A stretch of 64,000 bases of DNA. Source: Oscillospiraceae bacterium. GTDB lineage: Bacteria; Bacillota; Clostridia; Oscillospirales; Oscillospiraceae. A program made the position numbers and the translations under genes. Positions 33,614 through 42,259 of this stretch are shown one piece after another. The stretch's first letter is position 1; every line of letters begins with the position of its first letter. The stretch covers positions 36,058 to 100,057 of the forward strand of contig SVLN01000003.1 in the NCBI GenBank assembly GCA_015067925.1, in the 5' to 3' direction. The notes beneath the pieces are model-generated. The model was given only the letters and a program-made list of their open reading frames with translations, was not told the origin of the DNA and did not search any database.

Positions 33614-34393
33614 TCAATTCTCGCGGCGCTTCACATTGTTCTTGTAGAGAATCGCCAGGCCCTTCAAAAGAAGATCGCGCTCATAGATGACCTCTCTGCG
33701 GCACATGGGGATCACAAAGCGGGCAATACCGCCGGTGGCAATAACCGTCAAAGGCTGGCCGAGTTCTTCCTCCATGCGGTCAACCAGACCGTCCAGCATG
33801 GCAGCCGTACCCACCATCAGGCCGGACTGCATGCACTCCACGGTATTGCGGCCAATGACACGCTTGGGTTGCTCCAGGCTGATGGCCGGCAGCTGCGCGG
33901 TACGACTGGTTAGGGCCTCCATAGAGATCTTGACACCCGTGCAAATACTGCCACCCAGGAACGCACCGTTTTCGTCAATCACCGTGATGGTCGTTGCCGT
34001 ACCCATATCCACAATGGCCATGGGAGGCTTGGCAACGCGAAGTGCCGCCACAGCGGCAACGATCAGGTCGCTGCCCACCTGGGCAGGATTGTCTACCAAG
34101 ATGTTCAGGCCCGTCTTGATGCCTGGGCCGACGATCATCGGCTGAATCCCCAGTACCTTGCGGATGGCAGTATAGAAAGAGTTGGAGACCGGCGGCACCA
34201 CAGAGGCCACGATGCAGCCATCAATGTTGTTCAGATCTGCCTTAAACAACTCGATCAGGTTTTTCAGTTCCACAGAATACTGATCCGAGGTTTTGATCCG
34301 ATCTGTAGCCATGCGGGCCTCGAAGATGATCTTTTCATCCTCTACGCCGCCGATGGTAATGTTAGAATTTCCAATGTCAATTGCCAGGATCAT
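33614..34393 (-). CDS. coaX: Type III pantothenate kinase
   Basis: Motifs MILAIDIGNSN, VDMGTATT, and GGIARF. Confidence 0.9.
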   Translation of the reverse strand: MILAIDIGNSNITIGGVEDEKIIFEARMATDRIKTSDQYSVELKNLIELFKADLNNIDGCIVASVVPPVSNSFYTAIRKVLGIQPMIVGPGIKTGLNILVDNPAQVGSDLIVAAVAALRVAKPPMAIVDMGTATTITVIDENGAFLGGSICTGVKISMEALTSRTAQLPAISLEQPKRVIGRNTVECMQSGLMVGTAAMLDGLVDRMEEELGQPLTVIATGGIARFVIPMCRREVIYERDLLLKGLAILYKNNVKRREN

Positions 34394-34865
34394 GGTTATC
34401 GCCTCCTAATTCATGTAGCGCGCAGCATACTGCGCCGTTGTCTATCGTAATGAGTGCACATTTCGGGTTCACGCCACTGCATGCACCCGGGTTGAGCACA
34501 TGCAAACCGCCATGCATTTCATACATCTGGCGGTGGGTATGACCGAAGCACAGGATTTTCGCTTCTGCCTCCTGAGCCGCAAGCACAGCCCGCAAAGGAG
34601 TAAACTTCACTCCATGGCGATGGCCATGGGTAATGAAAAAACGAACGCCGTCCATGGAAAACTGCACAACTTCCGGTGCATCAGAACCGAAATCGCAATT
34701 TCCGGGCACGCAATAAAGCGGGCGGTTTCCCAGGCTTTTTTGCAGCTGCTCAGCATCCCGAATATGGTCACCCAAATGGATCACGCTGTCCGGCGAAAAG
34801 CGCGCAACCGCACGAAGCATGGCCTTCACATCACCATGGGAATCCGACAGAACTAAAATTTTCAT
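34377..34865 (-). CDS. YfcE/MJ0936-family metallophosphoesterase
   Basis: Motifs MKILVLSDSHGD, HLGDH, PGNCD, GHTH. Confidence 0.85.
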   Translation of the reverse strand: MKILVLSDSHGDVKAMLRAVARFSPDSVIHLGDHIRDAEQLQKSLGNRPLYCVPGNCDFGSDAPEVVQFSMDGVRFFITHGHRHGVKFTPLRAVLAAQEAEAKILCFGHTHRQMYEMHGGLHVLNPGACSGVNPKCALITIDNGAVCCALHELGGDNHDPGN

Positions 34866-34921
34866 AACACACCACTTACTTTCTGCATAGACTGGTGCAC
34901 AAGGAAAAGGGGGAAACGCTT

Positions 34922-35155
34922 ATGTCTGAGAATATAAACTTCGCCGCTTATGAATCCGAGATCCGCCGCGTTCTGGGCAGCAAGGAAGGCCTGGCCCTAT
35001 TGAAGCTGCTCAACCAGGACGGAGGTGCCACGCTGCGGAAAGCCGCCGCCGCGTTTCAGTCCGGCGATACCTCTGCCGCGCAGGCGCTGATCGCGCCCTT
35101 GATGGAACAAGAACAGGCCCAGGCATTGGTGAAAGAGCTGAACAAGCATGGATGA
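34922..35155 (+). CDS. Small hypothetical protein (77 aa, helical, Ala/Gln-rich)
   Basis: GGGGGA lies 7 nt upstream of ATG 34922. The stop overlaps the next start (ATGGATGA). No family recognised. Confidence 0.55.
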   Translation: MSENINFAAYESEIRRVLGSKEGLALLKLLNQDGGATLRKAAAAFQSGDTSAAQALIAPLMEQEQAQALVKELNKHG

Positions 35156-35495
35156 TCTTGAGAGCAAAATTAATCAGGTCCTGTCCGATCCGCAGAGCAT
35201 GCAGAAAATTTTCTCCATCGCTCAGTCTCTGGGCGTAAGCCCACCGACTGACGCACCAAAAGAGGAAACTCCGGCAGTGGATTCATCCCTCCTGCCGGAT
35301 CTTTCAATGCTCAGTACGCTAGGGCAACTCATGCAGTCGCAAGGCGCCTCAGACTCTCGTCACACGGAACTGCTCAATGCGCTGCGGCCCTTTCTCAGGC
35401 CGGAACGGCAGCAAAGCCTGGACCGCGCTTTGCGCGTGGCAAAGCTGTCGCATCTGGCACGTTTTGCCTTGAACAACCTTTCCGAATCACAGTAA
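35148..35495 (+). CDS. Small hypothetical protein (115 aa)
   Basis: Translationally coupled to the previous ORF. C-terminal LLNALRPFLRPERQQSLDRALRVAKLSHL segment. No family recognised. Confidence 0.6.
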   Translation: MDDLESKINQVLSDPQSMQKIFSIAQSLGVSPPTDAPKEETPAVDSSLLPDLSMLSTLGQLMQSQGASDSRHTELLNALRPFLRPERQQSLDRALRVAKLSHLARFALNNLSESQ

Positions 35496-35509
35496 GGAGG
35501 TGACGCGAT

Positions 35510-35866
35510 TTGTACAATCGGTATGTTCCAAACGCCCATGGGAGTTTCGATCGTCATCGTGCCGGGACGCCCCATGCCGCGCAAAAACCGGCAGAGTCGC
35601 CTCACGCAGCTGCACCGGTGAAGAGCACCGCACCTGCCCATTCCGCACCGCAGGCGAAATCCCCGGCAAGTCCACAGCAGGCTGCCATCAAGCCGCAATC
35701 TTGCAGCAAGCAACCCAGCAAGGGATTTCCCGTTTTCCGTCTGCCCGATCGGTTGGATACGGGCGATCTTCTGGTGCTTCTGATTCTTCTGCTGCTTTTG
35801 CAGGAAAACGACGAGGATCCCTTAACGCTGATCATCACCCTCGCCGCATTTTTCCTGTTTCAGTGA
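35510..35866 (+). CDS. Small hypothetical membrane-anchored protein (118 aa, Pro/Ala/Gln-rich linker, C-terminal TM)
   Basis: TTG start with AAGGAGGTG 7 nt upstream. N-terminus MYNRYVPN. C-terminus DTGDLLVLLILLLLLQENDEDPLTLIITLAAFFLF. Confidence 0.55.
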   Translation: MYNRYVPNAHGSFDRHRAGTPHAAQKPAESPHAAAPVKSTAPAHSAPQAKSPASPQQAAIKPQSCSKQPSKGFPVFRLPDRLDTGDLLVLLILLLLLQENDEDPLTLIITLAAFFLFQ

Positions 35867-36627
35867 GCAAAGGGATCCGTGCCATCCGGCAACAGGAAAA
35901 CGTAGGCAAGCGACATATCTCCGGGCATCAGAATTTCCATCTCGCGCTGCTCTACCATATGGATGAGCGTATCACCCTGCAGGATCTCCACCCGTGTAGA
36001 GAGAGCCGTTTCAATATCAATCCAGAAGTTGTAGGTAATCTCGCCATCCGTCCTGCTGCGGGCAAAGATGCGATCGTTGCTCTGCGCATCCGCAGGCAGG
36101 AAGGTCGCTTCTTCCACATGCGTGCGCTGCAGCGCTTCCAGATAATTGGGAACACCAATCAGGTCCTCCAGGGTCAGATCCTGGCTCAGCGGGATCCTGA
36201 CCGCTTCTTCATCCCCCTGGTACCAGATGTAAACGACCTTGCCATCCGTCAGGTAGCATTGAGTTTTCTTTGCAGCCTGCACCTTCACACAAGTCACACC
36301 ATTGCGGTGATAAATCTCTGCAATGTGCGTCGCACTGCCGTCTTGCCAATACTCCGTCAGATTCAAAACCTCACGATAGGTATTGGTTTTTTCCAGCGTC
36401 TTGAGCACCTGCAGCACATTCTCGGCATCGAGCACCGCAAAATCCCCCGGCTGCTCTTCTCCCGGGCGGCTCTGCTCGGGACCCACTACCTGGGTAGAGG
36501 GTAGAATAATTTCATTCGGTGTGCTCTGATCCGCAAAATAAAGATAAGCCAGCACAATCAGACTCACCAGGAGCAGAACAGACGCAAGCACAATTACAAC
36601 AGTTCTGAAGCTGGATTTTTCCTGCAT
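35860..36627 (-). CDS. Membrane-anchored hypothetical protein (N-terminal TM + extracytoplasmic domain)
   Basis: 255 aa. TM segment VVIVLASVLLLVSLIVLAYLYF. GGAAGGAGAG ribosome-binding site. No family recognised. Confidence 0.65.
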   Translation of the reverse strand: MQEKSSFRTVVIVLASVLLLVSLIVLAYLYFADQSTPNEIILPSTQVVGPEQSRPGEEQPGDFAVLDAENVLQVLKTLEKTNTYREVLNLTEYWQDGSATHIAEIYHRNGVTCVKVQAAKKTQCYLTDGKVVYIWYQGDEEAVRIPLSQDLTLEDLIGVPNYLEALQRTHVEEATFLPADAQSNDRIFARSRTDGEITYNFWIDIETALSTRVEILQGDTLIHMVEQREMEILMPGDMSLAYVFLLPDGTDPFAH

Positions 36628-36651
36628 CTGTCCTCTCTCCTTCCCAATTTA

Positions 36652-37800
36652 TCAGGCGTTAAAATCCTCTGGGCGCTCGGCCTTCAGGCCGAAATACCAG
36701 GCAATGGCATCGCAGATACGTTCGCAGGCATTGCCGTCGCCGTAGGGATTGACGGCCTTGGCCATTTGTTCATAGGCCGCAGGATCGTCCAGCAGGCGCT
36801 GGGTTTCAGTAACAATCGTTTCCTCGTCCACACCCAGCAGTTTGGCTGTACCAGCGGCAATGGCCTCCGGACGCTCGGTTTCCTTGCGCATCACGAGGAC
36901 AGGCTTGCCCAGAGAAGGTGCCTCTTCCTGCAGACCGCCGGAATCGGTAAGCACCAGATAGCTGCGGGCCATCAGGTTGTGCATCTGCTCCACGTCCACA
37001 GGCTCGGTCAGAAGCACATTGGCAATGCCATCCAGTTCGCCGTGGGCAGCGTTCTGCACCACAGGGCTCAGGTGGACGGGGTAAACAATCTGCACATCAG
37101 GGTTGGCCTCCGCCAGGCGACGCACCGCACGCATGATGGCAGCCATGGGCTCACCATAGTTTTCTCTGCGGTGGCAGGTCATGACAATGACCTTCTTGCC
37201 TTCAAAATCCAGCTCATTGAGCTTGGGATCTGTAAACTTGAATTCATCGCTGACAGTGTACTTCATCGCATCGATGACGGTGTTGCCGGTAATAAAAATC
37301 TCACCTGCCAGCTGTTCTCTGCGCAGATTCTCCGCATTGGCCAGGGTGGGAGAAAAATGCAGGTCCGCAATTTTGCCAACCAGGTTGCGGTTCATCTCCT
37401 CCGGGAACGGAGAGAGCTTGTCAAAGGTGCGCAGACCCGCTTCCACATGGCCAACGGGCACCTGGTGATAGAACGCAGACAGGGCGCCGGCGAAGGTAGT
37501 GGTGGTATCGCCGTGTACCAGGATCAGATCCGGCTTTGCCTCGGCAATCACCTGCTCCATGCCCAAAAGGGTCTTGGTGGTGATTTTACTCAAGGTCTGG
37601 CTTTTCTCCATAATGTCGAGGTCGTAGTCTGCCTCAAGCTTAAAAATCTGCATCACGGAATCAAGCATCTCACGATGCTGACCGGTCAGGCAGCAGATGC
37701 TTTCGAATCCTTCACGCTCCGCCAGGGCCTTGACCAGCGGGGCCATTTTGATGGCCTCCGGGCGAGTGCCAAAGACGGACATGATTCTCTTCTTCGTCAT
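36652..37800 (-). CDS. mnaA: UDP-N-acetylglucosamine 2-epimerase (non-hydrolysing)
   Basis: Motifs FGTRPEAIKMAPL, HVEAGLRTF, TDSGGLQEEAPSLGKPVLVMR. Confidence 0.9.
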   Translation of the reverse strand: MTKKRIMSVFGTRPEAIKMAPLVKALAEREGFESICCLTGQHREMLDSVMQIFKLEADYDLDIMEKSQTLSKITTKTLLGMEQVIAEAKPDLILVHGDTTTTFAGALSAFYHQVPVGHVEAGLRTFDKLSPFPEEMNRNLVGKIADLHFSPTLANAENLRREQLAGEIFITGNTVIDAMKYTVSDEFKFTDPKLNELDFEGKKVIVMTCHRRENYGEPMAAIMRAVRRLAEANPDVQIVYPVHLSPVVQNAAHGELDGIANVLLTEPVDVEQMHNLMARSYLVLTDSGGLQEEAPSLGKPVLVMRKETERPEAIAAGTAKLLGVDEETIVTETQRLLDDPAAYEQMAKAVNPYGDGNACERICDAIAWYFGLKAERPEDFNA

Positions 37801-38897
37801 GTTGCATCCTCCTCATTGTTTTTCTCATCGGAAGATTCCTGCCCGGGTGCTTCCTTGGGCAGCGGATGGGTAAAGATAAAGCGGAATCCGATGGCGCCGA
37901 CCACAACGATCGCGCCGATGAGGATCATCGCCTTAATTTCACCGGACGAAGTCAGCACCACAGCTGCCAGGCCCAGAATCGCAGTAATCAGATATGCAAT
38001 GGCCACAGACTGCTTCTGGGAGAAACCCATGTCAATCAATCTGTGATGGACATGGCCGCGGTCTGCCTTCATGGGGTTCTGTCCCTTGGCAATGCGACGC
38101 AGGAACGCAAAGCAAATGTCAAAGATCGGAACGCCCAGGATCAAAAATGGCACCGCAAAAGAGATAATCGCGTACATTTTAAACAAGCCCTGGACAGAAA
38201 TCGTCGCCAGGATGTAGCCCAAAAACGTCGCGCCGGTGTCGCCCATAAAAATCTTCGCCGGATTCAGATTGTAAGGGATGAAGCCCAGGCAGGCACCCAG
38301 CAACGCAGCAAGAATAATGGCCACGTTGCCTTCGGAAACCAGCAGAGCGATCACAAACAGGCTGCCCGCAGAAATGGCAGACACGCCGCAAGCCAGGCCG
38401 TCCAGACCGTCAATGAAATTGACGGCATTGGTGATGGCCACAATCCAGATGATGGTCACAGGAATGGACCATACGCCCAGATTAATATACGGCACAGCAG
38501 AGAACAGATTCGGGTTCGAAACGGTTTCGATTGCGCAGCCGTGATACACCGCCACACCGGCGGCAGCAATCTGCACAATGAACTTGGGCAGCGCCTTCAG
38601 GGTCATAATATCATCCATCACGCCCAGAACTACGATCATAACAGAACCCAGAAGAATGCCCTGCATCTGCCGATCAATCTCCGCAAACAGCAGAACGCCC
38701 AGCAAAAATGCCAGGAAGATCGCCAGACCGCCCAATCGGGGGATCGGTACTTTGTGCATTCTGCGGTTGTCCTTTGGCACATCAATGGCGCCAACCTTAT
38801 AGGCCAGGATCTTCACCAGTGGCGTCGCGGCAAAGGAAATGCCAACAGTCACCGCCAGGGTCAGGACCAGACGAAGGACATACTGATAATCAGTCAT
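37797..38897 (-). CDS. tagO: Undecaprenyl-phosphate GlcNAc-1-phosphate transferase (TagO/WecA, MraY-like)
   Basis: Polytopic membrane protein with DVPKDNRRMHKVPIPRLGG, NAVNFIDGLDGLA, GDTGATFLGY. ATG 38897 follows GAGGGTG. Confidence 0.85.
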   Translation of the reverse strand: MTDYQYVLRLVLTLAVTVGISFAATPLVKILAYKVGAIDVPKDNRRMHKVPIPRLGGLAIFLAFLLGVLLFAEIDRQMQGILLGSVMIVVLGVMDDIMTLKALPKFIVQIAAAGVAVYHGCAIETVSNPNLFSAVPYINLGVWSIPVTIIWIVAITNAVNFIDGLDGLACGVSAISAGSLFVIALLVSEGNVAIILAALLGACLGFIPYNLNPAKIFMGDTGATFLGYILATISVQGLFKMYAIISFAVPFLILGVPIFDICFAFLRRIAKGQNPMKADRGHVHHRLIDMGFSQKQSVAIAYLITAILGLAAVVLTSSGEIKAMILIGAIVVVGAIGFRFIFTHPLPKEAPGQESSDEKNNEEDAT

Positions 38898-38910
38898 GTT
38901 TTCACCCTCA

Positions 38911-39921
38911 TTAACGGGCAACAAAGCCCACTTTCTTGTAAACCTTGCGCAGGGTCTTTTCAGCCACATAGCTGGCCTTTTCCGCGCCGGCGCGGTAGAC
39001 GCTCTCCAGATAGCCCTTATCCTTCATGATGCGGGTGGCTTCCTCGCGGATGGGGCGCAGCATTTCCACAACGGCCTCGCCCACCTGGGGCTTGAAGGCG
39101 CCGTAGCCAAGACCGGAGAATTCCTGCTCGATCTGCTCGAAGGTCTTGCCGGTCACCGCGGAGTAAATGCTCATCAGGTTGGCAACGCCCGGCTTGTTCA
39201 CGGGGTCGAAGCGCACGCAGTTTTCGGTGTCGGAGTCGGTCACAGCACGCTTGAACTTGCGCTGGATATCCTCCGGCTTCTCCATCATGAACACGCAGCC
39301 CTCGGGAATGGACTTGCTCATCTTGGTCTCGGGGGTGGTCAGGCACATGACGCGGGCGCCGGTCTTGGGAATGTAGGGCTCGGGGATCTTGAACACATCA
39401 CCGTAGAAGTGGTTGAAACGCTGGGCCACGTCACGGGTCAGCTCGCAGTGCTGCTTCTGGTCCTCGCCCACGGGGATGAGATCCGGCTGATAGAGCAGGA
39501 TATCAGCAGCCATCAGGCTGGGATAGGCAAACAGACCTGCATTGATGTTGTCCTGATGCTTGGAGGACTTGTCCTTGAACTGGGTCATGCGGCTGAGCTC
39601 ACCGAACATGGTGTAGCACTGCAGAACCCAACCCAGCTCGGCATGCTGATGCACGTGGGACTGGATGAACAGGGTGTTCTTCTCAGGATCCAGGCCGCTG
39701 GCAATGTACAGAGCCAACTGCTCCAGCGTGCGGCGGCGCAGGTCCGCCGGGGTCTGGCGCACCGTGATGGTGTGCATATCGGCCATGAAATAGAAATTAT
39801 CAAACTCATCCGTTCTCTCAACCCAGTTCTTGATGGCGCCCAGGTAGTTGCCCAGGTGCAGATCGCCGCTGGGCTGGATGCCGGACAGCATTACTTTTTT
39901 CTCGACTTTTTTCTCATCCAT
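38911..39921 (-). CDS. trpS: Tryptophan--tRNA ligase
   Basis: Motifs SGIQPSGDLHLGNYLG and KMSKS. ATG 39921 has AAAGGAG 9 nt upstream. Confidence 0.9.
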   Translation of the reverse strand: MDEKKVEKKVMLSGIQPSGDLHLGNYLGAIKNWVERTDEFDNFYFMADMHTITVRQTPADLRRRTLEQLALYIASGLDPEKNTLFIQSHVHQHAELGWVLQCYTMFGELSRMTQFKDKSSKHQDNINAGLFAYPSLMAADILLYQPDLIPVGEDQKQHCELTRDVAQRFNHFYGDVFKIPEPYIPKTGARVMCLTTPETKMSKSIPEGCVFMMEKPEDIQRKFKRAVTDSDTENCVRFDPVNKPGVANLMSIYSAVTGKTFEQIEQEFSGLGYGAFKPQVGEAVVEMLRPIREEATRIMKDKGYLESVYRAGAEKASYVAEKTLRKVYKKVGFVAR

Positions 39922-39989
39922 TTTGTCGTGCTCCTTTATCTTCTGATGACGCAGCATGCAATATGCGTCGTGACATACGAAATCAATTT

Positions 39990-40018
39990 ATTGTATCACA
40001 TCCGCCACAACTTGACAA
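39990..40018 (-). promoter_or_regulatory. Sigma-A promoter of trpS
   Basis: On the minus strand, TTGTCA, 17 nt spacer, TACAAT. The leader is about 65 nt with one hairpin and no T-box sequence. Confidence 0.5.
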
Positions 40019-40068
40019 CCGAATTGGAAAACTTACGGAATATTATCTTCCTTTTCCGGCAATCGCCC

Positions 40069-40097
40069 TTGACCGCATCTTGGGTTTTCTGTATAAT
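40069..40097 (+). promoter_or_regulatory. Sigma-A promoter of gltX
   Basis: TTGACC, 17 nt spacer, TATAAT, 70 nt upstream of ATG 40168. Confidence 0.6.
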
Positions 40098-40167
40098 ACA
40101 TTAGATTCCCATCGGATTTGTATACTACGTTTCGGCCCTGCCGAAATTGAGAAACGGAGGCCATTTT

Positions 40168-41658
40168 ATGGCACTTGATATGAAATTCTTTGAAGAGATG
40201 GAGCAGCGCATCCCCCATGGCAAAGTGCGTACCCGCTTCGCTCCCAGCCCCACCGGCTACATGCATGTGGGCAACCTGCGTACCGCCCTTTACACTTACC
40301 TGATCGCCAAGCATCAGGACGGCACCTTTATCCTGCGCATTGAGGATACCGACCAGGGCCGTCTGGTGGAAGGTGCTGTGGACGTGATCTACAAAACCAT
40401 GGCCGAATGCGGCCTGTTTCACGACGAAGGCCCCGATGTGGGTGGCCCTGTTGGTCCCTATATCCAGACCGAACGCCGCGGCCTGTACGGCAAGTACGCG
40501 GAACTGCTGATTGAAAAGGGCGGCGCTTACCGCTGCTTCTGCAATAAGGACGATCAGGAAGAGACCGAAGTCGCTGAGGGAGTGGCCATCCATAAGTACG
40601 ACGGCCGCTGCTCCCGTCTGAGCGCAGAAGAGATCCAGGCGAAGCTGGATGCCGGCCTGCCCTATGTTGTCCGCCAGAAGATCCCCAGAGAGGGCACCAC
40701 CACCTTCTCCGACGCCATCTTTGGCGACATCACCGTCCCCAACGAAGATCTGGATGATCAGGTCCTCATCAAGTCCGACGGTCTTCCCACCTACAACTTC
40801 GCCAACGTCATTGACGACCACCTGATGGGCATCACCCATGTGGTCCGCGGCAGTGAGTACCTCTCCTCTGCCCCGAAGTACAACCTTCTCTACCAGAGCT
40901 TTGGCTGGGAAGTTCCCACCTACATCCACTGCTCCCCCGTTATGCGCGACGCCCAGCACAAGATGTCCAAGCGTCATGGCGACCCCTCTTATGAGGATCT
41001 GATCGCCCAGGGTTACCTGACGGACGCTGTGGTCAACTACGTTGCCCTGCTGGGTTGGAGCCCCGGCGGCGAGCAGGAGATCTTTACCATGGACGAGCTG
41101 GTAAAGGCCTTCGATCTGAAGGGCGTTTCCAAGTCCCCCGCAGTGTTTGATATCGTCAAGCTGCGCTGGATGAACGCCGAGTATATCAAGGCGATGGCGC
41201 CTGAGGCCTTCTACGCCGTGGCTGAGCCCTTCCTGAAGCAGGCAATCACAAATCCGGACGTAGATCTGAAGGCCATTGCCGCCCTGCTGCAGCCCCGCTG
41301 CGAGGTGCTCACCGATATTCCCGAGCGTGTGGACTTCTTTGACGCTGTTCCGGAGTATGACAATGAGCTGTACACCCACAAGAAGATGAAGACCAATCCC
41401 GAAAACTCCCTGACTTCCCTGCAGACCATGCTGCCTGCTCTGGAAGCCCTGCAGACCTGGGATAATGATTCCCTGTACGCCTGTCTGATTGCTCTGTGTG
41501 AGCAGCTGGGTGTGAAGAACGGCCTTCTGCTGTGGCCGCTGCGCGTTGCCGTTTCCGGCAAGGCTTCCACCCCCGGCGGCGCCACCGAACTGTGTGCCCT
41601 GTTGGGAAAGGAAGAATCCCTCAAGCGCATCCGCGCCGCCATCGAAAAGCTTTCCTAA
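40168..41658 (+). CDS. gltX: Glutamate--tRNA ligase
   Basis: Motifs RFAPSPTGYMHVGNLRTA and KMSKRHG. GGAGG lies 7 nt upstream of ATG 40168. Confidence 0.95.
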   Translation: MALDMKFFEEMEQRIPHGKVRTRFAPSPTGYMHVGNLRTALYTYLIAKHQDGTFILRIEDTDQGRLVEGAVDVIYKTMAECGLFHDEGPDVGGPVGPYIQTERRGLYGKYAELLIEKGGAYRCFCNKDDQEETEVAEGVAIHKYDGRCSRLSAEEIQAKLDAGLPYVVRQKIPREGTTTFSDAIFGDITVPNEDLDDQVLIKSDGLPTYNFANVIDDHLMGITHVVRGSEYLSSAPKYNLLYQSFGWEVPTYIHCSPVMRDAQHKMSKRHGDPSYEDLIAQGYLTDAVVNYVALLGWSPGGEQEIFTMDELVKAFDLKGVSKSPAVFDIVKLRWMNAEYIKAMAPEAFYAVAEPFLKQAITNPDVDLKAIAALLQPRCEVLTDIPERVDFFDAVPEYDNELYTHKKMKTNPENSLTSLQTMLPALEALQTWDNDSLYACLIALCEQLGVKNGLLLWPLRVAVSGKASTPGGATELCALLGKEESLKRIRAAIEKLS

Positions 41659-41664
41659 AATACA

Positions 41665-41698
41665 AAAACACCCTGCCGGTCGGCAGGGTGTTTTTTTT
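41665..41698. terminator. Bidirectional terminator
   Basis: AAAAACACCCTGCC-ggtc-GGCAGGGTGTTTTTTTT. Confidence 0.8.
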
Positions 41699-42188
41699 AA
41701 TCATCAAAGTTCGTGGAGTTCAGTTCCTTCATATTCTCCAGCATGATTTCAAGGGCCGCAACCGTCTGAGCACGCTGCTCTTCCGGGATTCCGCGCATCA
41801 GGTACTCCTCAATGCGCCCCTTGTTGTTGCCACTGCGGCGATGGACCGTTTCCGCGCTCTTGGTGGCACAGATCCACTTATACCGCTTGTCCTTTTTGCT
41901 CTCGCGCTTTTCAATGAAGCCCTTGGCTTCCAGGCGTTTGAGAATACCTGTTACCGTGGGGTTCGACAGATGAAACTCTTTTTCAATATCAACTTGATTG
42001 ATTTCAACACCAAGGGAATGGGCAATTGTAACGTACTGCAGCACATCCGACTGTGCCGCAGTCAGATCGTATTCCGCCAGATAGCGGTTACGTTCTTTTT
42101 CGATGGCATTGTTAATGCTTTTGGTCAGAAGACCAATTTTTTCAGCCTGGGTAAAGTTCTGATAATCTGAGTACATGCCCATAGTCAT
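41697..42188 (-). CDS. MarR-family transcriptional regulator
   Basis: Winged-helix region LSNPTVTGILKRLEAKGFIEKRESKKDKR. The start is ATG 42188 or 42182, downstream of its own promoter. The ORF-track start at 42221 lies inside that promoter. Confidence 0.85.
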   Translation of the reverse strand: MTMGMYSDYQNFTQAEKIGLLTKSINNAIEKERNRYLAEYDLTAAQSDVLQYVTIAHSLGVEINQVDIEKEFHLSNPTVTGILKRLEAKGFIEKRESKKDKRYKWICATKSAETVHRRSGNNKGRIEEYLMRGIPEEQRAQTVAALEIMLENMKELNSTNFDD

Positions 42189-42212
42189 AACCCCCAACTT
42201 GTTCTTAATATC

Positions 42213-42240
42213 ATTATACAAGAATCGTCGGAAAATGCAA
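42213..42240 (-). promoter_or_regulatory. Sigma-A promoter of the MarR gene
   Basis: On the minus strand, TTGCAT, 16 nt spacer, TATAAT. Confidence 0.5.
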
Positions 42241-42259
42241 GAACCGTTTCTCTATTCAA

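Noticed and set aside
39922-40167. An expected T-box leader upstream of trpS, and any riboswitch upstream of gltX.
   Set aside because: There is no T-box consensus (no AGGGTGGTACCGCG-like block on the minus strand) and no specifier or antiterminator architecture. The leaders are only about 65-70 nt.
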